From contig NC_081214.1 in assembly GCF_902713425.1 (NCBI RefSeq), forward strand, positions 10,816,641-10,880,640: 64,000 nt of DNA, written 5' to 3'. The position numbers were made by a program, and so were the translations under genes. Below are positions 49,560 to 61,000 of this stretch, in pieces; the stretch's first letter is position 1; every line of letters begins with the position of its first letter. A model generated the notes under the pieces. That model was not told the origin of the DNA. It did not search any database and saw nothing but the letters and a program-made list of their open reading frames with translations. This DNA comes from Acipenser ruthenus. Lineage: Eukaryota.

Positions 49560-52500
49560 ACATTAGGCAGCCAGGCTTCCCAGCGACAGCGTGTGGAAGC
49601 GACATCATGGGAGAAGTACGAGTGGACAAGTACAACGCAGTTAGAAGCAGAAAGGAGGAATTACATCTTTAAATTTGGAGTTGCTTTAATCAGAAAACAT
49701 TGCAGCTTAAAGCCTTGCAGCTGCGTGTATTTTTCCTATAACAAGCTGAAACTCGGAGCAGCTGATTCAAATTCCGCGGCGTTCTGGGACACGGGGGAGG
49801 GGCGGAGCCCGCAGCACAAGCACAAACACAAAGAAAGGCAGCCAGGCTTCCCAGCGACAGCGTGTGGAAGCGACATTGTGGGAGAAGTACGAGTGGACAA
49901 GTACAACGCAGTTAGAAGCAGCTGAAAGCAGGTTGACAGCTGCAGAAGCTAAACTAAACTTAAAAAAAAAAAAATGGTCTTCAAGCCAGTAATCTGTGAC
50001 AACTGCATGATGTGGGAAATCCGAGAAAACCAAACAGAGCTCAACCAAGTTTGTGTAAAGTGCCGCACGATCCAGGACTTGCTTCAGCGATTAAGCCTGC
50101 TAGAAAAGGAGCTGGAGGAAATGAGACAGCAACAGGAGCTTGAGGAGCTGACACACCCACAATTCATGGAAGTCTGCACCCCTAGCAGACTGAAAGCCAC
50201 CAGGGAGATGGAAGAGAGTCGAAACAGCTGGGTTCAGATAGGCAGAAGCAGGGAAAAAAAGAAACTTCGTCAAACACAACCACCAGAAATCCAGACATCC
50301 AACAAATTTGAGCCACTTCAACATTTAGATGACCAAAACCAACATCAAGAGAATGAAAGAAACAACATCCAGGACCCTATAAACAGTGCTGGCCAGGCAG
50401 CAAAAAGAAGGGAGGTCATGATTGTTGGGGACTCCATATTGAGAAACACAGCAAGTTCAGTTCGCAGGTTGGACCCCCTTACTACAACAGTGTGCTGCCT
50501 TCCAGGAGCCTCAGTCAAGCACATCACTGAGAATGTGGACAGGCTCCTAGAACGAACAGGAGACGACCCGGTAGTAGTCATCCACATCGGTACAAACAAC
50601 ATTGGAAGAGACAGACCAAGATCCCTGCAAAACAAATTCAGAGAGCTAGGACGGAAATTAAAAGACAAGACCAAAACTGTGGTATTTTCTGGGATACTGC
50701 CGGCACCTTGCAAAGGACCATATTGACAGCTGGAAATACAAAATCAAAATGCATGGCTGAAATCGTGGTGCACACAGGAAGGCTTCACCTTTCTTGAACA
50801 TTGGAGCACATTCTACAACAAGGACTATCTATACAGGTGGGATGGACTGCACTTAAACAGAAAGGGAACCAATCTACTCGGAGAAAGGATCCTTCAGGAG
50901 GTCCAGAAGCATTTAAACTAGAAAGGAAGGGGGGAGAAAACAAAAAAAACAGAAGGGAGACCACATCAAAACAAGGGCAACAACTCAGGTAAGACCACTA
51001 TTAAATGTATTTATCTTAATGCTAGAAGTCTCAGAAACAAAATGTTAAAACTTGAAGCTACTGCACTAACAAGTAACTACGATGTGATAGGTGTTACAGA
51101 AACTTGGTTGTCTGAGAGTGATGGAGACGAATATAATATTAGTGGGTACACACTATACAGGAAAGACAGGCAGGACAGAAGAGGCGGAGGGGTAGCGCTA
51201 TACATAAGAAACAGTCTTGAAGCCCAGGTGTTAAATCAGGACAAAGAAAACAATGCAGAATCAATATGGGTCAGAATAATGGACACAAATTCAAAGGGCA
51301 TAATAATAGGAGCATGCTATAGACCGCCAAATTCAGACGCTGAGCAAAATAATCTGTTGTACAATGACATTCGAAATGCGTGTAGAAAAGGAGAAGCCAT
51401 ACTAATGGGGGATTTCAACTTCCCCCGTATAAAATGGGAAAACCCGATGGGGGGCACGACGGACGAAATTGAAATGGTGGAAATGACAAATGTCTGCTTC
51501 CTAACGGAATTTGTCAAGGCACCGACTAGAGGGGAGGCATGCCTTGATTTAGTCTTTTCAAATAATGAAGACAGAATAACTAAAACAGAGGTCAGAGAGC
51601 CATTGGCAAACTCAGACCACAACATGGTCTCATTTGAAATATTTTTTAAAACCCCAAAAGTAATGACTAAAGCTAAGGTTTACAATTTTAGAAAAGCAAA
51701 CTACGAAGGTATGAAACAGAGACTAATAGAAGTAGATTGGAGTAAAATAGAGAAAACATCCACAGAAAAAGGGTGTCTGTCTTTTAAAAATGTAGTACTA
51801 GAGGCACAAAACAATTATATCCCAAAAGTAGACCAATCTAAATCTAAAACAAAATGGCCAAAATGGTTTAATAGATCAATTAAAAAAAATATATTCAGCG
51901 AAAAAAGGCACTTTACAGAGCGTTTAAAAGGGACCAAAAACAAAGCACACAGAAAGAGTACTTGGAACTGCAAACACAAGTCAAAAAGGAAGTTAGAAAG
52001 ACCAAGAGAGAGATAGAAATCAATATTGCTAAGGGGGCTAAAACCAATTCCAAAATGTTTTTCCAACATTATAACAGCAAGAGAACATTCAAAGAGGAGG
52101 TTAAATGTCTAAGAGACACAAATGGCAAAATCATAGATGAAGAAAAAAAAATAGCAAATATATTAAATGATTACTTTTCACAGGTTTTTACAAAGGAGGA
52201 CACGGACAACATGCCCCACATGTCGACCTGTTCCTATCCAGCTTTAGCATAACACAGGCAGAAGTGTTAAAGGGACTAGGAGCTCTTAAAATAAACAAAT
52301 CCCCTGGGCCGGATGAGATCCTCCCAATAGTACTCAAAGAAATGAAAGAAGTTATTTACAAGCCGCTAACCAAGATCATGCAACAGTCTCTTGACACAGG
52401 GGTTGTACCGGCAGACTGGAAAATAGCAAACGTAATACCGATCCACAAAAAGGGAGACAAAACTGAACCAGGTAACTACAGACCAATAAGCCTGACTTCT

Positions 52501-53440
52501 ATTATATGTAAACTTATGAAAACTATAATAAGATCCAAAATGGAAAATTACCTATATGGTAACAATATCCTGGGAGACAGCCAGCATGGTTTTAGGAAAG
52601 GGAGATCATGTCTAACTAACCTACTTGACTTTTTTGAGGATGCAACATTGAAAATGGATAACTGCAAAGCATACAACATGGTCTATTTAGATTTCCAGAA
52701 AGCTTTTGACAAAGTCCCGCATAAAAGATTAATTCTCAAACTGAACGCAGTAGGGATTCAAGGAAATGCATGCACATGGATTAGGGAGTGGTTAACATGT
52801 AGAAAACAGAAAGTACTGATTAGAGGAGAAACCTCGAAATGGAGTGAGGTAACCAGTGGTGTACCACAGGGATCAGTATTAGGTCCTCTGCTATTCCTAA
52901 TCTACATTAATGATTTAGACTCTGATATAGTAAGCAAACTCGTTAAATTTGCAGACGACACAAAAATAGGAGGAGTGGCAGACACTGTTGAAGCAGCAAA
53001 GGTCATTCAAAATGATCTAGACAGCATTCAAAATTGGGCAGACACATGGCAAATGAAATTTAATAGAGAAAAGTGTAAAGTATTGCATGTGGGCAATAAA
53101 AATGTGCATTATAAATATCATATGGGAGATAGTGAAATTGAAGAAGGGAACTATGAAAAAGACCTAGGAGTTTATGTTGACTCAGAAATGTCTTCATCTA
53201 GACAATGTGGGGAAGCTATAAAAAAGGAAAATAGGAGGCACTTTTTTGCACAGAGAATTGTGAGGGTCTGGAACCAACTCCCCAGTAATGTTGTTGAAGC
53301 TGACACCCTGGGATCCTTCAAGAAGCTGCTTGATGAGATTCTGGGATCAATAAGCTACTAACAACCGAACGAGCAAGATGGGCTGAATGGCCTCCTCTCG
53401 TTTGTAAACTTTCTTATGTTCTTATGTTCTTAACTATTTT
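49560..53440 (+). mobile_element. CR1-like LINE, 5'-complete-looking copy. It has a 5'UTR with an ~85-bp segment duplicated at 49567-49650 and 49838-49925. The intact ORF1 runs 49974..50726: a Cys-rich N-terminus, a coiled coil and the esterase. ORF2 is split into three frames (51042..52016, 51962..52252, 52264..53361) and carries a ~370-bp deletion near its 3' end.
   Basis: Same family as 29195-32670. ORF1 reads MVFKPVICDNCMMWE...CVKC...LEKELEEMRQQQELEEL...MIVGDSILRN. The tail reads ...ctttcttatgttcttatgttctta. Confidence 0.85.
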
Positions 53441-53461
53441 GTTTCTGTTTACAATAAAGAG

Positions 53462-54306
53462 TTGGGAAGGAGGAAGCACCAACACAAACGACTTGTTCTA
53501 TGCTATCTTTCAGAGGCCTGTCGTTTCTTCAGATTACAGCATCCTGACATTAAGATCGGCTTCTCCAAATCTGCAGAGCTGAAACCAAAGGAGTGTGTAT
53601 TGGCAGGCAGTAGCGGTACACATGCTGTGTGTGTCTGCACAGCACACCAGAATATAAAGCTGATGTTCATTTGTTCTAAACAAGTGCCAGTACAGAAGTG
53701 CCTTTGAATCACTATCGACATTTCTTGCCTTATCTCAGGAGTTCCCCACCAAACGTCAATTGCCACTTAGGAAAGTATGAAAATTGTCCATCACTTGAAG
53801 ATTTCAGGAGTCATCTACAAATGCTCTTTCAAGATAGCCTGGTGGACTCAGTGGAGTATCGGAAGTGGGCTACAACTGACAGATCCACCCTTCAGACAAT
53901 CAATGAACCTGCTGATCAGTTCATAGAGACTTTCACAAGCCATTTCCAACGTCTTTGTCGACATGATCTCATAGCAAAGATGCAGATTGCATATTATCAA
54001 CAGCTGAGGGATGAACTCCTTCAAGAAAATGAATTCCTAGTTGTTGGTGATTTTGCAGAAAACTTGACTTTCGTCATGCAAGCTGAAGCACAATCACACC
54101 ATTGGCACAACTCTAAGGCAACCATACATTCTTTTGTTTGCTATTGGCAAGACAAAGATGGGAATTCTCAGCACATCTCATATGTTGCAGTATCAGAATG
54201 CAAGACTCATGACACAGCCTCTGTTTATCTCTTTCAAAAGCATCTTTTTTTTGTGAACATTTTTTTATTGTTTTTAGACAATGCACTACAATACTATTCA
54301 ATATAA
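53462..54306 (+). mobile_element. Frameshifted ORF pair (53462..53707 and 53698..54306) encoding an unclassified, conserved-looking TE-type protein (C/H-rich segment ...CVCTAHQNIKLMF..., then ...VVGDFAENLTFVMQAEAQSHHWHNSKATIHSFVCYW...HISYVAVSECKTHD). It lies between the CR1 tail and the solo LTR.
   Basis: The strings DFAEN...Q.E.QS.HW.....TIH.FV.Y and SEC..HD resemble a family of TE-associated proteins common in fish and cnidarian genomes. I cannot assign a superfamily from memory. Confidence 0.4.
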
Positions 54307-54392
54307 TAATAGTAATAGCAAACTATTTACAATGCTGGCTGGGACACAAAACCTATACAGAATTAAACCTATACAGAATTAAAGTAGGTCTC

Positions 54393-55027
54393 TGTGGCAA
54401 TGTGCCCCCGCCCCTGTGTGCTTATTATGTGTTGTATGTTGCATGCGTGTGTTAATGTTGGTGTATAGATTGGTACACGGGATATAAACGGGTCTGTGTT
54501 TCACGTGTATTTAAAAAAGTGTAGATTTGTATTTAGGCACGAGGAGAGCACAAATCACTTCACGTGCTGGTTAAATGTAATATGTGAGCACGGGGTTGCA
54601 CAGAATTAATTCACGTGCTGGGATTCAAGTGAATAATTAATTAGTAATTGAATCCCAGCACAACAGTATATATAGAGACACGTAGCACTCAGTCGGGGTT
54701 GGGTGTTCGAGAGTGGAGAACGGGTGTGGAGAAGGAGAAACTAGAAAGTGAAAGAAAGTGAAAGATCGTAAATATAAGTGTTTGTACTCACCGTGTTTGT
54801 TTGTCTCTCCGTGCACCGTTTGTTAAGTGTTTAGTACGTTTTGTTTGTCTATTTATTTTGGCGCAAGTGCCGTGTCCAGTGTTTTTGTCTGTTCAAACCT
54901 TTTATTTTCTGTTCTGTTATTAAATGATGAGCGAAAGCATTCGCTCAGCTTCACCAAACCCCAACTCTCTGTCTGTTTATTTCCTGCATCTGGTCTGACG
55001 CCACCCACTCCGGCCGTCTTTGTGACA
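54393..55027 (+). mobile_element. Solo LTR of the same family as the LTRs at 22377-25401, in + orientation, flanked by a 5-bp TSD GTCTC (54388-54392 and 55028-55032). It is inserted into the 3' part of the L1 ORF2.
   Basis: It is the reverse complement of the LTR copies at 24791-25401, starts TGTGGCAATGTGCCC and ends TTTGTGACA. Identical GTCTC pentamers abut both ends. Confidence 0.85.
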
Positions 55028-55035
55028 GTCTCTCA

Positions 55036-58000
55036 CAGCTGTGACAATTTCCGACCATGGTGACATAGATTTGTGCTTAGCACCGTGCAGCTTGGCTGTA
55101 GATCTTTCTAAACGTGCGATGGACTGGAGATGTAATAACCAGGTATGATATAATGGAAGGTCGGGATTGAACCAGGACTGTAGAATAGTTTTGTTTGCAG
55201 CGGTAAGAGAAGCTAGCAGGAGCCTACGATTAACTAAGGATAGACAGAGTTTGGAATCATCATTTAGTAGAAATAAAGTGGGTGTTGGTTTAATTTCAGT
55301 CTTCAATAATTTAGAAACAGTAATAGCCACACGTTCCCAAAAACTGCACACTGCTGAGCACTCCCAAAACATATCTAATGTAGTACCCACTTCACCTTTT
55401 TTACAAATGAAACAAAATGGGTCTGTTGATATTTTCATTTGAAAATGCTTGAGTGGAGTGGTGTAATGCTTGAGTGGAGTGGTGTGCTAAATTCTTTGAA
55501 GAGATAAAAGTATTTTCCCACCCTTTATCCCAATTAGGAGTGACACCATATTTACACAGTTCTCTATCCCAAATAGTTAAAACTGTCAGAGGTTTTAAAG
55601 TATGTTTTATAAAACGATCATATAGAAAATACACTAACCCTTTGGTCAAAGAAAACCACCCTACAATTGGATGGGAAGGTAACCCAGTGTCCAGAGGTAT
55701 TCCACAAGCACGGACAGCCGAACGGAGCCGCAAGTACATAAAGTAGGATGAACCGGGTAGAGAGTAGGTGTCCTTAAGGTCCTGGAAACTGCGTAGGCCC
55801 TTATCATTAAAAATGTCATTCAAAGTGAATATGCCTTTGGATGACCAATCTGCATACTTAAATGGTTGCCCCCCAGTCATTAACAAGGGATTATTCCATA
55901 TCGGAGAGCAGCTGTTAAATTTTGAAAAAACTCCAAGATTTCTTTTAGCCATTTTCCAGATCTTCAAGGAATTAACTATAATAGAACCTGCTCTAAGATT
56001 AAAGACCCTAGACTTATGCCCTGAAAAGGGAATATCTTGAAGCCTCAGTGGTGAAACCAGTAAGGCTTCAATTTTATGCCAAGGCACCAAAGATTCTGGG
56101 TTCAACCAAATCTGAAAGGCTCTTAACTGGAATGCCCAGTAATACAATTTAAAATTAGGAACCGCCAAACCACCAACCCCTTTAGGACGCTGTAAAACTG
56201 AGAATCGAATTCTTGGTCGTTTGCCTCTCCAGATAAATTTAGAAATGATGGAATCAACCTGTTTAAAGTAATTAATTGGTGGAGAAAGAGGCAACATGAA
56301 AAATAAGAAGTTAATGCGGGGCAGGATATTCATCTTGATAATTGAAATTTGACCATGTAAGGATAGAAGTAAGGGTGCCCATCTCTCTAAATCATTTTCA
56401 ATTTTCTTTAATACATCTACAAAATTATCTTTAATAATCTGATTAAGCGTGGGTCGGATTTTAATACCTAAGTAAATGAAGCCGTTAACATTACATTGAA
56501 TTGGGAAATTTTGGGGTAAGGAGAGGTTCTTAGCTTTTGTATTTAGAGGCATAAGAATAGATTTATTCCAATTTATCTTGTACCCTGATAAATTCCCATA
56601 TTCCGTAAACAAATCCAGCATCTTTGTGATAGATTTAGAGACATCAGAAATAAATAGCAGGATGTCGTCTGCATATAATGAGATATGATGTTCAGAATCG
56701 TTAATACTAATGGGAGTAATATCTGAGCTTTGTCTTATAGCTTGGGCCAGCGGTTCTAACGATAAAGCAAATAATAAGGGCGACAAAGGACAGCCTTGCC
56801 AGGTGCCTCTTTCTAAAATAAAAGGTGAGGACCTATATAAGCCAGTTTGTACAGATGCTGTAGGAGTATTGTACAAAGTATCAATCATTTTAATAAATAA
56901 TGAGCCAAAGCCAAATTTTTCTAAAACTAACCACAAAAAGGACCATTCAAGATGGTCAAAAGCCTTTTCAGCGTCAAGTAATGATTTCCATTACACGAGA
57001 GTAGATGTTAAAACTTCATGCTGATTTGAACTCGGCTCTCGCCAAGATAAGCACCAACTAAGACGTAGCTTTACAGTAAACTAATGTGATCCATATGTGT
57101 CTCCATCCATTTACGTTTCCTTCCATATGATGATGTAGATATCCTTCTGTCTGGTGTTAATGGCTGAAGTGTAATGCTGGCTCCAGGGATCAGCTTATTT
57201 TGCCTCCCTGGCGCATCAGCACACACGACGGCTGCGATGCTGGCTCCGGGGATCAACCAAAGTGCGGCCTCCCCAGCGCATCAGCATGACAACCGTCTGG
57301 ATTGAGCTAAGTAGGGTACATCTCTGGGGTTTTCAAGTGGGCACCTTCCATCCTCAGTGTTTCGTCGACTAGCCCACGACACCTCAAGAGGGCTCGACGG
57401 TGATTCTGGCGTCCCAGCATCACCCCCCTCCGTCCCCCACTCAACTCAGCCCAGCTTACTTACCTGTCCCCAGCCAGAATCTTTCCGTCTCAACCACAGC
57501 CAGTTGCTGCTCCTCTCTGCTGCTTCAGATAAGTTCTTCACTGTGCGACGCAACTCTTGGCCACTGAATCCGACGTCTCTGAGAAACCGGGTTGTAGAGT
57601 GTGCCACAAATCCTCGACAACCCACTTCCACTGGGTAAACCCGAACTCTCCATCCTCGCTGTTCCGCTTCAGTGGCTAGTTGAGCATACCGCAGTTTCTT
57701 CCTCTCATACGCCTCATCTACAGCGTCCTCCCATGGCACTGTTAACTCTACCAGGTGAACAAGGCGTGCTGATCCAGACCACAAGACAATATCTGGTCGA
57801 AGGTTAGTGGTGGCAATCTCAGGTGGAAAAATAAGCCGTTAACCAACATCTGCCAGCATATTCCAGTCTCTAGCAGCTTCCAGTTGTCCTGGGCGAGGAT
57901 TGGTTTTAACACCTTTTCTTGGTGGTTGCTCTCCTGGGCGGAGGAATGTTGTCTTTTGTGTGTAATGTTTTGATGGAACAGGTGGCAACTTATTGGTCAT

Positions 58001-61000
58001 GTTACGCTTGTCTTCCAATGCTAAGGCCAAACATCGCAGCACCTGGTCATGGCGCCAAGTAAACCGTCCTTGGCTAAGAGCCACCTTACATCCTGTCAAA
58101 ATGTGCCTTAATGTTGCAGGTGATGAACACAAAGGACATGAGGGATCCTCTCCTACCCAGAGGTTTAGGTTCTGTGGTGATGGGAGAACATCATATGTTG
58201 ACCTGATGAGGAAACTGATCCTGCTCTGTTCCATTGACCATAGGTCTTGCCAGCCAATCTTGCGTTGTTCCACACTCTCCCATCTCATCCATTCTCCCTG
58301 TTTGGCCTGGGAAATGGCCTTTATACACCTCATCCTCTCCTCCTGCTTCTGCACCTCGTTGACTACCAGCTTCCTTCTTTGAGCTGGGGCCGCCTTGTGC
58401 CATGTAGGAGGAGTTGAACTGAAACCAAGACCCCCTCTTCCATGCTGAACTTGCCCCATGATATCACCAATTCGAAGGGCAGCCTTTGCATCTTCCACAG
58501 CTTTCTTTGCCGCCCACTTTCTTCCAGTTTTCAACACAGGTGCTGCCTCCCTTACGCATTTATCGCGTGACTCTACTAATGTCATTTCCAGTCTGACCTT
58601 GGCGCACTTAAACTCCTCGGTTAGAGCAGAGACTGGTAGCTGCAGTATTCCTTTACCATAAAGTCCCACTCTGCTGAGGCAGCGTGGAACTCCCAACCAT
58701 TTCCTGATGTATGAACTGATTAAAGCTTCCAGCTTCTCTACTGTTGTCAAAGAAACCTCGTACACAGTCAGTGGCCACAGCAACCTCGGCAGTAGACCAA
58801 ACTGAAAGCACCAGAGTTTTAGTTTACCTGGTAGTGCGCAGCTGTCTATGCTCTTCAACCCTTCCACTGCTTGTTGTCTAACTTCTCCCACACGAACTGT
58901 GTCCTTTAGATCCCCGTCGTACCATCTCCCAAGACTCTTCACTGGCTTCTCAGACACTGTTGGTATTGCCTCACCATTAATGAAGAATGTTTTATCTACT
59001 ACTTTGCCTTTAATTATAGAGATGCTCCTTGATTTAGTGGGCTTGAATTGCATTCGTGCAGGCTACTGTTGTAGTCATGGTTGTCATGTCATCCATGTAT
59101 GCTCGAATTGGTGGTAGTCGCATTCCAGAAGCCAAGCGCTCTCCTCCTACTACCCATTTTGATGCCCTAATGATTACTTCCATTGCCATGGTAAAAGCCA
59201 GTGGAGAAATGGTGCATCCTGCCATTATTCCAACCTCTAGGCATTGCCATGTAGTGCTGAATTCTGAAGTTGAAAAACTGAATTGCAAATCTCCAAAATA
59301 GGCTTTCACTAAATTTGTTATTGTCATCGGTACACTGAAAAAATCAAATGCTGCCCAAAGTAGTTCATGTGGCACTGAACCATATGCATTAGCCAAATCC
59401 AGGAATGTCACATGGAGCTCCTTCCTCTCCTTTTTAGCTGATTGAATTTGTTGCCAGATCACATTGATGTGTTCTAAGCAACCTGGGAAACCTGGAATGC
59501 CCGCTTTTTGTATTGAAGTGTCAATGAAGCAGTTCTTTAATAGGTAAGCTGACAATCTCTGAGCAATAATGCTGAAGAAAATCTTGCCTTCTACGTTTAA
59601 TAGGGAAATGGGACGAAACTGACTGATGCTTGTAGAATCTTTTTCTTTAGGTATAAAGACTCCACCTGCTCGGCGCCATGCTCTTGGTACAACCTGTTTT
59701 TCCCATGCCACTTTCATCAATTTCCACAGAATTCGTAGAACTCCTGAAGCACTCTTGTACACTCTGTACGGAACTCCATTAGGCCCTGGAGATGATGAAG
59801 CCCTTGCTTTTTTCACAGCTTGCTCTATTTCTTTCCACTTAGGTGCACAGTCCTCCATTTGGTATTCTGGTGGATTGATAGGTGGGATGTCTGACGGAAT
59901 TGACATAGGCTCCTGCCTTTTTGAATCTGTATGTGTTTCCTCCAAATATCTCTCCAGCTCAACCTTAGATGCTTTTAGTGTGCCATTCTTCTCACTGGTG
60001 AATAACTTCTTTACAAATTTGAATGGGTCTTTATAAAAGTTAGCTCTCGCACGCTCCTTCTTTTTGTAGCGTTTCCGTAGGCGCTCAGCTCTGCGCAATG
60101 TTGCAAGCTTATCTTTTATGACCCTTTGTAAGAGATTGAGTCCCTCCTTCTGACTTTGTTCTGCTCTTCTCCATTGGTTCCTCAGCTGTCTCCTTTCTCT
60201 AACTAAGCGTTCAATCTCCTGCTGCCGTCTAGACTTTCCAGGAATAGTTTGTACTTTTTCCTTCCTTTTTTCAACTCCAAACCTCTCACTTCCATATGCG
60301 TAGATGATGTCCCCAAATTTATCCAGCTTCTTTTCAACTGTTCCACTTAATCTTTCCAATGCAACGCAGAGATCTGTGTTTACTGTGTCCCATGCAGTTT
60401 TCTCACAAGCTCTTGGCCATTTAACTCCAGGCTTGTGCCCGTTGAGGTTCTTTTCTCTCTTATGCTGGTTTGTCTGACCGGGTTCACAAGGATCATTAGG
60501 TTCATCACTAACTGTGTCCATGCAAGTCCTCCTCACATCTATGACAGGGGTGCTGATATCCTGCGAACTGTGAAAGAATTGCGCACGAGTCAGGTTGACT
60601 CCCAGTATTGTCTAATATATGAAGTAGACGCCGTAAATTGTCTGAGTCAAGCCTGCCCTTCATAAAGTCTGTCTGATCATGACAGATTAAAGACCCTATA
60701 TACGGTTCAAGCCTCAAGACCAGAGCCTTTGCATACAATTTAAGGTCTGAATTAATTAACAAGACCGGTCTATAGCTTGAGCAATCAAGGGGGTCTTTTC
60801 CTTTTTTCAGTAATAAAGAGATTAAGGATATCTTTTGGTCTCTATGAAAAGAACCCATGTCCATAGCATAATTAATAGATTTTAGTATTAGTGGCCCCAC
60901 CAAATCCCATATTGTCAATAATAGTTCTGGAGGCAAACCATCTAAACCAGGAGACTTCCCTTTTTGCATAGAGTGTACAGCACGTTCCAGCTCCTCTAAA

